64,000 nt of DNA, taken from Eledone cirrhosa (Eukaryota). Positions 13,985 through 27,725 of the stretch are shown here, in pieces. The position numbers and the translations under genes are program-made. Numbering within the stretch: the stretch's first letter is position 1; every line of letters starts with the position of its first letter. The DNA lies in NCBI GenBank assembly GCA_964016885.1, contig OZ024742.1:280488001-280552000 (forward strand), in the 5' to 3' direction. The notes under the pieces were generated by a model. That model had not been told where the DNA came from. It ran no database searches and was given only the letters and a program-made list of their open reading frames with translations.

Positions 13985-16470
13985 ATACGATAGATTTTGT
14001 TCTTGTGCATAGGTGTCATTTTTAAGACAACTGTGATGTCCGTGTGCTGCGAAGAGCTGAGTGCTGGACAGACCATCGTCTTGTTTGCAACCAACATACG
14101 AGTTAATGCCGTTGTTGTTCCAAATAAATTAATTATTGCTCTGATTAAAACAATCTTCAATAACGATGATACGTTTATATGAGATTTAGTGTGATGACTA
14201 ATATGAATATTACTAAGCTTCTGTTTTTAATATCTTGGCATCTGTTCTTGGTTTTATTGATAGGAAACATCAATAATTTTAATGAAAATAAGGAAGGGAA
14301 TGAAGCGATACGTAATGGAAAGAAGACAGCGATAATGACATTTCGTAGAGGAGAGCACAAAGCTGAAAGGAGTGCAATATTGTTGAAAGAGGTGAAGGCT
14401 AACCTACAGTTCAAGCTCCGTAGCATGCAATATGCATGGTGGAGAACTGAAGCGTAGGGGATCAGGTTGCAGCTAATGCCAACAATGCAAAACTCTTTTG
14501 CAGCATATTACGAGAAGTCTATTGTTCTCATTTTTCTCCAATCGCAACTCAATTAAAAGCTCAAAATGGTAACGAGTTATTTAGAGACACCAACACATCC
14601 TTTTGAGTTGGAGACAAAAAAAAATCATATTTGACCTACAAATGATTTACTAACAGAAAGTACTACATTGGAGCAAGTGGAAATGGCTGTAAAATAATTC
14701 GCTAATGGAAAGTCACCAAGATTCATGTACTGAAATGTGGAAGACGAAATATTCTTTGACATCTTACAAACCTGACGTAAGTTTGTGAGGAAGGACGCGT
14801 TCCTCAAGATTAGAAAAATGTATTGATGGTGTTGCTTTACAAAGGAGAAGGAGCAAAGGATGATTCTGGTAATTATCCTGGGATAGTTATTTTGTGCGAA
14901 AAGTCTTGTGTAAGATCGTGCTGGACAGATGGCTTAATAACATTACTGGCAATGTACTTCCTCAGTCACAGTGTAGCTTTAGATGTGGAAGAGTGACAGC
15001 AGACATAAGAGTTGGGAGGTAAGTACTGGTGTGTATTGATTCGATCAACAGGACTGTCTGAAGGAAGATTCTGACTTAGAGCGATTGTCCTGACAAATTC
15101 GTATGTTTTGTGAAGCTTTCGTGATGGCATGCACAATTGTGCCAAGATATGTGGACAAAGGTTGGATTCCATTTCTGATGCAAATGGAGCAAAACACAAG
15201 GTGATATACCAGCACCTACTCTATTTGCATTTTGTTTTCGTATGTTTTTCTGGGTGGCGTTTGATGATTGCACTCATAGAATGTATATGGAGTATCGTTC
15301 AATGGGTAATTTGTTTAACTGCCAAAACAAAGGTGTTCACTTCTTACTTACATAAAGTTTTGTACGAAGATAATTGTAATCATGTTACTCTCTTCGAGAG
15401 TGACATGCAGCAGCTGATGATCATTTTTAGAAGGCATGCAACGTTGGGTCCGTTAATCAATTTGGTCAAGGATGTTGTCAACAAGTTTCGGGCAAGGACT
15501 TCATTTATGTGTAAGTTAAACATTGAGGTTTGTGGATAGATTTGTGTTTAGGCAGCACAGTTATCACGAAACACACTATTGATTATGAAATCTATTTACA
15601 ACTAAAGAAAGGAAGTTATTATTTTGGTATATAAGAAACCATTGGATTGGCAGTATCGGTAGAGGGTCGGACGCCATGCTTTACAGCATAGTTACGTCCC
15701 TTTACGGTCTGAGTTCAAATCCCGCCGAGGTTAACTTTGTCTTTCATCCTTAAGGTGTCGACAAAATAAAGTACTAGTAATGTACTGGGTAATTGATGAC
15801 CTTGTACCAAAAGTAGAAACAATTATTTTGGTAAATTAGATGGGCGTCTTTGGTATCGGTGTGGAATATCCATTGATACAAACTTTAAAATGTACAGAAT
15901 ATGTGTGTTGTAGTCATTTTTGAAGGCATGTGAAACATACCACCGAAATGTAAAGAAGATGCTTGAATATTTTCATCAACAGTGTCTTCGCCGAATACTT
16001 GCAATTCATTGACAATTACCTAGGAGTGATTTTGAGTGCGAATGAAGTCATTTTGAAAGTATTGAATCTCTCATTATGTAATATAGATAGTGCTAGGACG
16101 GCTATGTAGGAAGACTGCCAGAACATCTTAATCTTAAGCATTTTCTGTACGGGGAGTTAGCCAAAAATGGTGAAGGCATAAACCAAAACTCCGATAAAAA
16201 CTGCATCAAAAGCATTGCTGAGTCCAGGGAAGATACCTGGGAAGAAATTGCCTTAGATCGATCATAAAATTGTGTTTAATGGAAAACAAGAATTTGAAAA
16301 GTCTCGTGTAGTGTAGGAAAAATTAAAGAGCGGTTTACGTAACGCTCTGCATAATATCACTTTAGCCCGGATTTTTAGATGCTCAAAATCAGTTTAAGTG
16401 TAATGTGTGTGGTTATGTTTGCCGCAGTAAAGCTGGTCTTATAAGTCATTACAAACGTCATGCACAAATG
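13985..16470 (+). mobile_element. Highly degenerate RTE-clade LINE (with SINE insertion at 15642-15826)
   Basis: Residual motifs RAECWTDHRLV (APE end), NVLPQSQCSFRCGR (RT), FHQQCLRRILAI and terminal FKCNVCGYVCRSKAGLISHYKRH. Confidence 0.75.
15642..15826 (+). mobile_element. tRNA-derived SINE
   Basis: Near-identical to 9537-9724. Confidence 0.85.
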
Positions 16471-16800
16471 TTATCAATTATGTTCTGTTTGGCATTACTT
16501 CCTGTCGGAAGAATTGGAAATAATGCGCCTCGGCTGGTTGACTGCGAACTCATTTGAAATATCGCTAAAACAAAACAAGAAAGGAAAGTCGAAGTACATC
16601 GAAGTAACGTTCATCACTGCAGCGTATACAAAAGAAGAGTAAGTTCTTGGCTAAATAGTCATGTTCGTGCCACCCATGTGTGAGAAAATTATCAAGTAAT
16701 AGCAATTCTTGAAATCGAGATGTAGCCATCATTTATGTATGCATTAATGTATGTTTTTGTACTAGCACACACATAAACATACACACACACACACACACAC

Positions 16801-16868
<68 letters not shown>

Positions 16869-17157
16869 GGAAAAAATGGAACGAAATTTCATTTCTCACT
16901 CTTAGTACGGCTGTTACTTAAGTATAAGTATGTATACGTACATACATATATGTATACAGACGTACAGTAGTATGTATATATATACATACATGCACACATA
17001 TATATATATATGTAAGTATGGATTTACCGAACATTTATTATAATTCTCGGTTTGTTTGTAAACAAACAAACATCCCGAATTAAGCCGTACAGTGTTTAGC
17101 AACGATCGTTGCCCTTTTTTCAACACTGACAAAGGAACGATGTACTAGTTTTCGTTT

Positions 17158-17479
17158 CATTTGTTGAAAGATGGGTGAGAGAGGCAAGAATGGCCCGAGT
17201 GAATGGGCCTACTCTGAGTGTGTGTCTGTAAATTAAAGGTGGAAAACTGGGAGAGGGCACTTGCCCTGGTGGTCAGGATCACTGTGGCCTTTTAATGGGC
17301 TTTCTCCACAAATGTCCCTCGGAAGTCTCCCCCCTATTGGGGAATTTTTCATTGTTATTTTTTTTATTACATCCTCTGTTTTTTGTACACGCAGAAATGC
17401 CCATCTGTACCGTCCTCTTTTGTCCTGTATTGTCCTTAATGTCTACTTTATGTAAACCCTTGCGGTTAATAAAGAAAGC
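17158..17479 (+). mobile_element. 3' fragment of the Tx1/L1-type LINE
   Basis: Homologous to 26526-26851; followed by (ATT)n. Confidence 0.9.
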
Positions 17480-17511
17480 ATTATTATTATTATTATTATT
17501 ATTATTGTTGT

Positions 17512-18794
17512 TATTCCTTGAATCTCAGTCATTGATGTTGGTTAACTGGAAAGTCCGTTGGAATGAATATCAAGCCACTACCTGCAACCTCAGATATTCA
17601 GGACGTATCGGAGGGTTCTTGCTGTTCCAAGCAAGCATGCCTTTTGAAGCGTTCCAAAAAGCGTGAAGGGGCCGATTTTCTTTAACCATCCCTGGAAACT
17701 TTTGGAGATAGTCCCCAGTGCGCCTATGACAATCGGGATCACTTTGACTTCATGGCAGTTCCAAATCCTTTTCACCTCCCACTTTAGGTCCTGGTATCGG
17801 TTAATTTTCTCCCTCTCCTTCTCTTGCACTCTCGCGTCGAAAGGTCAGGCCACATCCACAATGAGACACGATCTTTTTCTTTGTCCACAACCACCAGGTC
17901 AGGTTTATTGTGTTCCAGTTTTTTGTCCGTCTGTATCCTAAAATCCCACAGCACCTTCACCTGATTGTTCTCCATCACCGCCTCTGGCCTATGCTCATAC
18001 CATTTCTCAGAATGTGGTAAATTGTTTACCTTGCACAGGTGCCAGTGGATCACCCTGCCCATCACGTCGTGTCTCCAGCCATTATAGTGGGTCTGGGCTA
18101 GGTGTTTACACTCGGACACAATGTGAGCCACAGTCTCCACTCTCTCTCCACAGATCCTGCACAGTGGGCTAGCAACCTCCTTGTAAATATGGTGCTTCAA
18201 CCACTTCGTTTTGAGGGCCTGCTCCTGCGCAGCCATTAGCATTCCTTCTGTAGCCTTTTTGAGGTCTCCTCTTCTCAACCAGTTCCATGTCTGTGGATCT
18301 CTAAATTCAGTTTTCTCAAAGAAGGTACTATGAAGGGATTTTCCCTTAAGGCTGCTCTTCCTCCTTGATGTTATTTCCTCCTTGGACATCCCCTGGCCTA
18401 CTGTCCCCTCCTTCAGTACAGTTCTGAACATTGGCTCCTTACTATAGGTCACGTATTTGTATAGGTTGTTTTTCTCCATCTGAACACAGTCCTCTATGCT
18501 GATAAGACCTCATCCACCCTCAGATCTCCTTAGGTAGAGTCTATCGACATCACTCCTCTTGTGGAACATGTTGTAGATAGTCAATAGCTTCCTAGTCTTC
18601 CTATCCGTTTCTTTTTGTTCAGCAACATTCCATCTCAGAATTCCCGCACTGTACCTAATAATAGACACAGCTCGGGAATTTACTGTGCTTATGGCATTTC
18701 TGCTGTTCAGATGTGATTTCAGTACGCTCCTTACTCTCCGAATGTATTCAGTTCTTAACAATTCCTTCATTTTTTTGTTCTTTATGCCATCAGC

Positions 18795-18797
<3 letters not shown>
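17512..18797 (-). mobile_element. 5'-truncated R4/Dong LINE in (TAA)n
   Basis: [18 protein letters not shown] zinc knuckle, RHD, HNKPDLVVVD, VIPIVIGALG. (ATT)n on both sides. Confidence 0.9.
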
Positions 18798-18840
<43 letters not shown>

Positions 18841-18842
<2 letters not shown>

Positions 18843-20983
18843 TGAGTCTCAGTCATTGATCTTAGTTAATTGGAAAGTTAGTTGAAATGAATATCAAGCC
18901 AGCATCAGATATTCAGGACGTATCGGAGGGTTCTTGCTGTTCCCAGCAAGCATGCCTTTTGAAGCGTTCCAAAAAGCGTGAAGGGGCCAATTTTCTTTAA
19001 CCATCCCTGTAAACTTTTTGAGATAGTACCTATTGCGCCTATGACAATCGAGACCACTTTTGACTTCATGGCAGTTCCAAATCTTTTTTACCTCCCACTT
19101 TAAGTCCTGGTATCGGTTCATTTTCTCCCTCTCCTTCTCTTGCAATCTCGTGTCGAATGGGCAGGCCACATCCGTAATCAGGCACGATCTTTTTCTTTGT
19201 CCAAAACCACCAGCTCAAGTCTATTGTGTTCCAGTTTCTTGTCCGTCTGTATCCTAAAATCCCACAGCACCTTCATCTGATCGTTTTCTATCACCGCCTC
19301 TGGCTTATGCTCATACCACTTCTCAGAATGTGATAAATTGTTTACTTTGCATAGGTGCCAGTGGATCACCCTGCCCATCACATCATGTCTCCAGCCCGTA
19401 TAGTGAGTTTGGGCTAGGTGTTTACACTCGGATACAATGTGTGCCACAGTCTCCATTCTCTCTCCACAGATCCTGCACAGTGGGCTAGCCTCCTTCTTGT
19501 AAGTATGGTGTTTCAACCACTTCGTTTTGAGGGCCTGCTCTTGCGCAGCTATTAACATTCCTTCTGTAGCCTTTTTAAGGTCTCCTCTTTTCCACCAGTT
19601 CCATGTCTGTGGATCTGTGAATTCAGTTTTCTCAAAGAAGGTACCATGAAGGGATTTTTCCTGAAGGCTGCTCTTTCTTCTTGTGGTTATTTCCTCCCTG
19701 GACATCCCCTGGTCTATTGACCTCTCCTTCAGTACAGTTCTGAGCATTGGCTCTTTACTATCAGTCACGTATTTGTGTAGGTTGTTTTCCTCCATCTGAA
19801 CACAGTCCTCTATACTGATAAGACCTCTTCCATCTTCAGATCTCCTTAAGTAGAGTCTATCGACATCACTCCTCTTGTGGAACATGTTGTAGTTAGTCAA
19901 TAATTTCCTAGTCTTCCTATAAATTTCTTTTTGTTCAGCAACATTCCATCTCAGAATTCCCGCACTGTACCTAATAATAGCTCGGGAATTTACTGCACTT
20001 ATGGCATTCCTACTGTTCAGATGTGACTTTAATACGCTCCTTACTCTCCGAATGTATTCAGTTCTTATCAATTCCTTCATTTTTTTGTTCTTGATGTCAT
20101 CAGCCTCCAGAACCCCCAAATACTTGTATCCTTCTTCAGTGTCAATTTCCTTTATCATCTCACCTGTTGGTACCTGGATTCCATTGCTTCTGCTCAATTT
20201 ACCCCTCTTCATCACAAGGACTCCACACTTACTAATACCAAATTGCATACATATATCATTGCTGAAAATACGGACAGTGTCAACAAGCACATCCAACTCC
20301 TTCTCGCTCTTCACGAAGAGCTTAAGATCGTCCATGAAGAGGAGGTGATTGATGGTAAGCTCTGCCTTTCCCAACTTGTATCCTGCTCTCACTTTTCGCA
20401 GTATCATGGTCAGGGGCATCAGGGCAAGGACAAACAACAGAGGGGACAGACTATCTCCCTGGAAGATACCTCTCTTGATCTTCACGCCTCCCAAGGATTC
20501 TCCAGATGATGTTAACTCTGTTTCCCAGGACTTCATACTTTTGCCAAACAACTGTCTGATGTTATCTGCCACCTTGAAGATCTCTAGGCTTTTGATGATC
20601 CAAGAATGAGGCACCATGTCAAATTCCTTTTTGTAGTCTATCCATCCCATGGCAAGACCAGTGTGTCTCCTCTTACAATTCCTCATTGCCATCTTATAAA
20701 TAAGTAACTGGTCCTTTGTACCACGGGACTTCTTTCGGCATCCTTTCTCTTCGTCCGGTAACGAGTTGTTTGTGTGGAGGTGATGGTAGATTTCCTCAGA
20801 CATAATTCTTGTCAACAGTTTCTACATTACGGACAGACATGTGATAGGTCTATAGTTGGTAACATCATTACTCTTCATTCGCTCCTTCATTACCAGAACT
20901 GTGGTACCTTTTGTCAACCACTCTGGTACCTCACCTGACATCAAGCAGTCATTGAACATGGTTGTCAGTTTCGGGTGGAGGGA
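18841..20983 (-). mobile_element. 5'-truncated R4/Dong LINE in (TAA)n (RT + RLE)
   Basis: ORF 19178-20815 has RT motifs [33 protein letters not shown] and YKYLGV, plus a CCHC motif and RLE. (ATT)n on both sides. Confidence 0.92.
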
Positions 20984-21017
<34 letters not shown>

Positions 21018-21226
21018 GGCGACCTACGTAGTACATCGTATCATCGTGAGCTCCGCAAAGGTTTGTTATTTCCGTTTGTTAAAAATTGCCATTTATGGAA
21101 AATTTTTATTGTTAACCATATATAAGCGCACATACATTGTTTTCCGAAAAGGACACCCAAAAAGATTGGGGACTTGTGCCCAAAATTTAAACTTTTATGA
21201 TTATCAAAAAATTTCTTTGAAAAAAA

Positions 21227-23220
21227 ATGGCTAATTCCCCCCTGCACGAAGCAGCTGAAAGCCTTCCTCACAAAATAACACCTCACACCGACACCACCAT
21301 TGTAAATGTTACTACGTTTGCCAACACTACAAAAAATATAAGCAGTAGCAATATTTTAAATTTGTCTCAGGCAGACATTCATTTCCCGACATTACCAATG
21401 ACTGCAGTTGTTAAAGCCTCCACTACCACCACCACCGCGACAACCACCACCACCACCACCACCGCGACAACAGAAACAAAAGAAGAAAAAAATAAATTAA
21501 CTCGTGATGTCGAAATGAAATCAGGCAAAATGGACTCTTCCGCACCAAAGACGACTGACGTCACCACCACCACAACTGAAACAAAAATTAAGATTAACAC
21601 AAATAACGATAGCAACAACAACAACAATGACATTATAAAACCAACCCTCAGTTTCGCCATCGTAGCAAAACAATTCGAAGCGTTCACGGTAACTCAAGAA
21701 GATTTAGAAAATGCCAAACAAATGGTAAAGAAAGATGGGTACAGGGTCAGCCTCACCCCCCGCCCACCTAATAAAATGGAGCATCGGCGCCTGTGCACCG
21801 TGTCGTATAGAACAATAAATGTAAAATCGCGCCGACTGGAACGGGCATCCGAGTCCCAAATCCAAAAAGCTTTGGGAGATGTGTGGGCAAGAAAAACCCA
21901 CATCAGACGTGGGCAAAAGTATGGAACCGTGGATGTGTTCTTTGAAACACCAGAGGAGGCTAGAGAACACTCCATGGCCCAATTAAAAAGTGACGACCTC
22001 ACACTCGTCCCAAGCTATTGTGGCCAGAGCCTCGTAAAGATCAGGGTGACCCACGTTCCACCGGCCATCGAAATTCCCTGGCTAATAGCGGCTGTCCTCG
22101 CCGGCATCGAAGCCAACACGAAAATAATAGCAGTAGCAAAAGAAAAGCAGGAAAACTGGTCCGGATCTGGGATGGAGCTCCTGATCCAAGCGGACCAAAA
22201 AAGCATTGAGGAGATCCCAGAGGTAATAGACCTCACTGACGGCAGCCACCTCACGGTAATTGTCGAGGGCAGAAGACCTAGGTGTGTCGTTTGTGGTGAA
22301 GGAACCCACCTAAGGGCTTTCTGCCCTCAGGCTAAAAGGTTGAGGTCACCTCTCCTACCCACCCCAGTGACACAACCATCAACACCACCAGTAGCAGAGA
22401 TGCAGCAACAACTGTAGCAGCAACAACAGAAGCAACTATAACAGCAACAACCCCAGCAACAGTAGCAAAACCAACACCACTACCACCACCAGCAAAACCA
22501 ACACCACCACCACCCAACGCTTCAGAACTAGCACCAGCGCCTACACCATCCACCACACCACAACCAAAACTAACGGCTGTGGAGGATTTTCCACTCCCCG
22601 GCCTATCACAACTGGAGACAGATTGTGACGACGAGGAGTGGGAAACGATATCCGGAAAAAAAAAAGAAACCAAAAAAGAAAAAATTCTCTTCCTTCCCCC
22701 TCCAAAAACAAAATACAGAGGGAAACAAATAATCTAAGAAACAAAAAAGTTAGGACAGATATGCCACCATCCACACCAGCATCACCAGCCCCATCAACCC
22801 AAACACCAACACCATCACCATCATTAACTCCAACACCACCATCACCTACACCACAAAAGTCACCAAAATGCGAAACAGAAACAAACCCACAACAAACGCA
22901 AACAAAACAAAACAACCAAAACGATACACACTACACAGCATTAAATTTGAACAACAAGCAATTATTACACTACATCCGACACAACATCCACCACAGACAA
23001 GGACTACACAACAACCCCAAAATTCACACCACCTCCACACCTACAAATCACACGCATCACACAGAAAACGTACATGACACTAAAACAAAAATTCCCCAAA
23101 GACATCGGAGACTTCTGAAAAGCACTCTCCAGGAGGATTTATAAGGACATCCTTCCTGAGGAGGCCACAAGCAGTGAAAAGGATGGAAAAGCCGTCCTTC
23201 CCCTACGAGAAGTAAGGTAA
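21227..23220 (+). pseudogene. LINE ORF1 (gag-like; zinc knuckle, Thr/Pro-rich regions), frameshifted after about 22400
   Basis: 396-aa ORF with LTVIVEGRRPRCVVCGEGTHLRAFCP (CCHC). The Pro/Thr-rich continuation and EEWETISGKK lie in other frames up to about 23220. Confidence 0.8.
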
Positions 23221-23254
23221 GTGGTCTTTCCCATCTTTTCCACTCCTTTTCAAC

Positions 23255-26200
23255 ATGACCTCACTCAGAATAGGCAGCATAAATGCACGTGGCTTGGGGT
23301 CGTCATGGAAGCAGGGCCACCTGCTCAACGACCTCAGGTCACTAAACATAGATGTAGTGGCCATCAGCGAGACCAGAATCTCCGAAGCACAGGCTTTCGC
23401 ACCGATCTTCGGCGGCTACGATGTGTACGCATCTCCCAGCCGTCCGGGATCGGGGGGAGGAGTTGCTGTGCTTTTTCGGAGAGGTTTGGATCTTGCCATA
23501 CGGGCCATCTTCCTGGACCCAGAAGGTAAGTTGGTGGTGCTGGACGTGACCAGCGGAGACGGGCAAGCTTTCAGGTTAGTGGCCGTCTATGCCCCGACAG
23601 GAGCAGGGCGGCCTGATTTCTTCCGGCGTCTGGAGACCTTTCTTGGAAAGTCCCGCTCTTTAGTGTTAGTGGGCGACTGGAACGGGATCTTAGATGTACG
23701 CTGGGATTGTGTGGGATTAGTGGTTAGGGAAGGAGGGTGCAAGAGTCTCACCAACCTGCTCAGACGTTTTGAACTGTCTGACAGGTACCGAATGGATTTC
23801 CCGAATGTACCAATGTGGACTTGGACAAATCGCATAGGGTCATCCAGATCATATCTAGATAGAGTATTTTGTAGGGAAATAGATAGGTCTAGCATAGGCT
23901 GTCCACAATTCAAGATAGTCAGCTACACGGACCACAAATTCGTGATCTGTGTGCTTGACTTAGATAGGCTTCATAGACGAGGACCCGGCTACTGGAAGCT
24001 AAACGCGTCCTTACCAGCGCGCAAGGCCTACAGAGACCGGATTAGCGAACTAGTTAAGCGGGCGTTGACGGGGGCCATCTTCAACAACAAGTGGTGGTTT
24101 GCTCTGAAAAGAGCAATTAGAATAGAGTCCATTAGGTTTAGTAAGACTTTAGCAATAGAGAAAAATAGAGCAGAGGGAGAATTAGTTAGAAAATTAGATG
24201 AGGCGCTTAGCAAAGGCATCGCGACCGACGTACTTGCGGCGAAATTGGCCCTTGACCAATTCTTCAATGCAAAGCACGAAGGCTGCGTTGTCAGAGCTAG
24301 GGTGCGTGCTCTCAGACACGAGGGGACGAAAGCCGTTCAATAGGCCCGAGTGGCGGAGGCGCGTCGTGCCAACAAAGCCACGATCCGGTCTTTGGTGGCC
24401 CACGACGGGCGCATGCTACTCGATCCCGAGCAAATGTGTGAAGCTTTTCAGCGACACTTCGCTCAACTGTTCGGGGGCAGTGGCGGGCCGGATCGAGGGA
24501 TGGACTTTAGTGTCTACCTCGACGGACTGCCGCGGCTTTCGGCCACTGAGGCGGAGTGTTGCGAAAAGCCGATAACAACCGCTGAAGTACGGGATGCAAT
24601 GACTAGTTGCACAAGGGGTAAATCGCCTGGTTTGGATGGTCTGCCCTATGAACTATACGTACAAATGCCAAACTTGTTCGGAGGCCTCTTGGCGGACGTC
24701 TACTGCAACTGGCAACAGAACGGGAGAATTCCCAGCTCTGTGATCCGAGGAGCTGTGGCGCTGCCGAGAAAGGATCCGAACAAGGGAGTTAACATTGATA
24801 ATTTCAGGCCCATATCTCTGCTAAACACAGAGTTCAAGATTTTGGCCAAGGAGCTAGCAAAGAGGTTGGCGCTTGTCGTTGGTGGTCTGGTGGGAGAAGC
24901 GCAGACATGCGCCATTCCCGACAGATCCATCCACGACAACCTCCACCTCATACGATACATCGTAGAGAGGGTAGCTAGGGAACCTGGCACGGGTGGGGCC
25001 TTGATCAATTTAGATCAGTCGAAAACTTTCGATAGGCTCGAACATTGTTACCTAACGGCAGTCCTGAGGGCGGCTGGCTTTGGGCCCGTCTCCAGACGCT
25101 GGATCGCTGCCATGCACAGCGACATCTGCTGTATGGTGAGAGTGAATGGTCACCTTTCGGAACCGTTCAACATCATGCGCTCGGTCCGCCAAGGTTGTCC
25201 CCTCTCGTCCCTCTTGTACGTATTGACTCTCGAGCCATTACTGCACAAACTGGAGACGTTGAGTGTGGGACCCGCGCGAACCAGGTTGCGGAAGATCCGT
25301 GTCAGCATATGCGGACGATTTTGAACGCCAAACACATCGAGGCGATCGACACTACACTAAGGGAATACGAAGCGGTGACAGGAGCAATGATCAACCAGGA
25401 AATGTTAGTGGGCCTGCAACTTGTCATCTGGAGAGGCAGGTCCATACCGTCCAACAGCGTCGTCGGGCGCTGGACGGACGGACCGTTTAAATTGCTAGGG
25501 TTCTGTTTTGGTCCGGACCTCCAGACGGACAAAAACTGGAAAGAGGTGACGAGCAGGGAGGCTTCTCTCACCCAGAAATGGTGGAGTTGAAGCTATCCCT
25601 GAAATGTCCAGCGGAGTTGGCTAACGCGTACATTATGTCCGTCATCTACTCACCACCTGATCGTCGTACCTTGTCCTAAGCCCAGCCTGACAGCGCTGGA
25701 GCGTTTGCTCTTTCACTTTTTGTGGAAGGGACGCGCTCCGATGATCAGGCGGTCCATCTGCTGTCAACACCCGCTACGTGGAGGGCTGGGTATGCCGTGG
25801 CTGATGATGCGCAGACACGAGCTCAGGCTACGTCTCTCCACCTCTTCCTCGACGGTGATCAGGTGTGGTCGCCGTTTGCTAGACACGTCTTTCCCCAGCT
25901 CGTCTCCTTGTCGGAGCTGCAGTCCTGGGACAAGCGAAGACCGAGAGGGAGATCTTGGAGACTGGAATGTTTTCAGGCGCTCACAGCCCTTGACCAATCG
26001 GGCAATGTGATAGGTGGGGAAACTCTAGTCGTCGACGAAAATCAACTAGACAATCTCTTCGGAAGAACTTTCGGGCCGGGGCCTATGGACAACTTCCAGA
26101 AATCCCTGGCCTGGCAGTGCTACCGAGGAGCTTTGCCAGTTCGGGATAAACTCTACAGGCATGGAGGTGCCGTCAGCCGGGCATGTCCGAGATGCGCGCA

Positions 26201-26600
26201 GGGCGACGAAACCGTCCTGCACGCGCTCGTCTAGTGTCCGAGCATTGCTGACTTGTGGGTTTATGTCGAACACCTGCTGTCGCGTGTAGGACGTATCCAG
26301 CTATCAGCTGAGTCCATCGTGAGGATTGCCCCACCCTCTTCCTTTAGCCGGGAAGGACAGGCAGTTTTTATCTGTCTGGTGGCCATGGCGAAAGAGATAG
26401 TATGGTGGACACGTTTGAAAGGGCTGAAGACGAGCACTTACCCATTTGGTGATGCCCTGATTAACTTTTTCAAATTTCATTTGAAAAAGAAAATCCTGGT
26501 AGAGAGGGAAGTTCTCTCTTCCCAGCATTTTGTTGAAAGATGGGTGAGAGAAGCAATAATGTCCCGAGTGAATGGGCCTACTCTGAGTATGTGTCTGTAG
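23255..26600 (+). pseudogene. LINE ORF2 (APE endonuclease, reverse transcriptase, C-terminal Cys-rich domain), disrupted
   Basis: SINARGL, ISET, AVYAP, VGDWN, SYLDR and TDH (APE); KSPGLDG, FRPISLLN, LDQSKTFD, VRQGCPLS and SAYADD (RT); CPRC...ETVLHAL. Premature TAG at 24341 and several frameshifts. Confidence 0.92.
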
Positions 26601-26850
26601 ATTAAAGGTGGAAAACTGGGAGAGGGTACTTGCCCTGGTGGTCAGGGTCATTGTGGCTTTTTAATGGGCTTTCTCCACGAATGTCCCTCGGAAGTCTCCC
26701 CCTATTGGGGAATTTGTTCATTGTTCTATTATTACATCCTCTGTTTCCTGTTTTTTTTACACGCAGAAATGCCCTTTTGTACCGTCCTGTATTATCCTGT
26801 ACTGTCCTTAATGTCTACTTTGTGTAAACCCTTGTGGTTAATAAAAAAAA

Positions 26851-26889
<39 letters not shown>

Positions 26890-26901
26890 CATTATTATTA
26901 T

Positions 26902-26954
<53 letters not shown>

Positions 26955-27725
26955 GGGGTCGGGCGTATCTATACAAACACATGTATATACATTCGTACAT
27001 ATATAATTGTATATATGTGACTCATGCATGACTATGAGTCTAGGTGTTGCACTATAAATGCCCTTGTGGATACTTGTTCCTGTAGTGTGTGGCAGACCTA
27101 ATCCATCACCGTAAAATCATGATATCGTGTTATTTGTGCTACTTTTCTTCGCTATATTCGGACCAGCGGAATCCCAAGACTGAACATTTAAACATGACCA
27201 CTGCATTGTCCGACTTATTGCGTCTTTGCCATTGTAACCATAGCGTTGCCTTTTAATTTACGCTGTTTCCTGTTTGTGCTATCTGCTCGATTTGAATATA
27301 TGGGACTCGCAGATTGGTCGTTATTTCTCTTTGTTGGTCATATTTGCTGCAACGGGAATAACCGCATGATATTAACATTATTTATAATAAAATTTATCTA
27401 TATTTTTCCAAGTGATACATTTATGCATTCATGTTTTCTATAGTTCATTTTTTTAACGTGGAATACATTTTTTCGCTTATATTAAATGTTATTGCAAAAT
27501 GAACAAATATAGTTATAATTGACAAACATTTATTTCCATAATTAATATAAAAATTAATTTCTCTAAATTAAATATTAATTTTAATTTATATTGTTATATA
27601 TATATTTATATACTTGGGGAGGGTCATATTTGTGTAATATTGCCAGAATTAATAACAGAACACACTCACTGTTTGGTTGGTTTTCGCTTCTCGCTTCTGT
27701 GTCTTTTATATCGGTAATCTAACTT

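Larger units (their letters stand above)
21018..26851 (+). mobile_element. Near full-length Tx1/L1-type LINE inserted in (ATT)n
   Basis: 5' UTR, ORF1, ORF2, 3' UTR with aataaa and a short A tail; (ATT)n on both flanks. Confidence 0.9.
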
